Shown one piece after another: positions 63,500 to 64,000 of a stretch of 64,000 bases of DNA. The stretch's first letter is position 1; each line of letters starts with the position of its first letter. The DNA is from Octopus vulgaris. Taxonomy: Eukaryota. Location of the stretch: NCBI GenBank assembly GCA_951406725.2, contig OX597817.1, forward strand, positions 99,820,001 to 99,884,000. The letters run 5' to 3'. The notes under the pieces were generated by a model that ran no database searches, had not been told where the DNA came from, and saw only the letters and a program-made list of their open reading frames with translations. A program made the position numbers and the translations under genes.

Positions 63500-64000
63500 G
63501 TTCAGAATTCCACTTTAAACAAGGTGAAATATTTAAGATCAAATCAAATTTCACCTGTGCCTCGGAAAAATCTAATCTATGCCATTACATGCTTAGGGTG
63601 TGGTAACAATTATATTGGCCAAACAGGAATATCACTCCGTCGAAGAACCACTCTTCACAAAGAACAAATCCACCACCCACAATACAGACAGTTACAGGTT
63701 AGTGAACAAATAGAAAGGTGTGTTAGGAATCTTAATCCTAATTTCCAAATTTTTCCCCTTCTATCAATGTTCACAGAACACCTCAGTGCAACAAAGAATG
63801 AATAAAGAGGCAACTTTCATCAATAAATATGTTCCCCAACTCAATATGAACACACAACATAATACAGAACACTACTAACCTTTCAATTAATACCACTAGC
63901 CCCTATACATCCCATACACCATTCACATTACAGATCTATATCTACTCTAATTGCACCAAATCCAGAACAACTTACCTCCCTTACACATAATCTTTTCTTT
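63500..64000 (+). mobile_element. Penelope-like element GIY-YIG 3' fragment
   Basis: NLIYAITCLGCGNNYIGQTG...LRRRTTLH in ORF 63524-63805. Confidence 0.85.

Overview
Eukaryotic, AT-rich, transposon-saturated animal genomic DNA. The SINE and RTE families and the abundant (TA)/(CA) microsatellites resemble an octopus/coleoid cephalopod genome (inference). The only host gene is the 3' end of a minus-strand kelch-repeat (KLHL-like) gene: three phase-compatible exons at 54186-54046, 30727-30535 and 27250-27028. The rest is mobile DNA: a near-intact RTE LINE and many fragments, a full-length Ty3/Gypsy element with a truncated relative, Helitron, mariner, piggyBac and Penelope-like (PLE) pieces, MITEs and tRNA-derived SINEs. 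The most striking unexplained signal is a set of hammerhead ribozyme (HHR) motifs. Several are minimal type I HHRs, some in 240-bp and ~385-bp tandem units resembling retrozymes or PLE terminal repeats. Two diverged ~700-bp non-coding elements (23.7-24.4 kb and 32.9-33.6 kb) each carry a hammerhead core whose three strands are in a non-circularly permuted (pseudoknotted) order, with compensatory changes in two stems. All RNA structures were derived by eye and need computational and biochemical confirmation.
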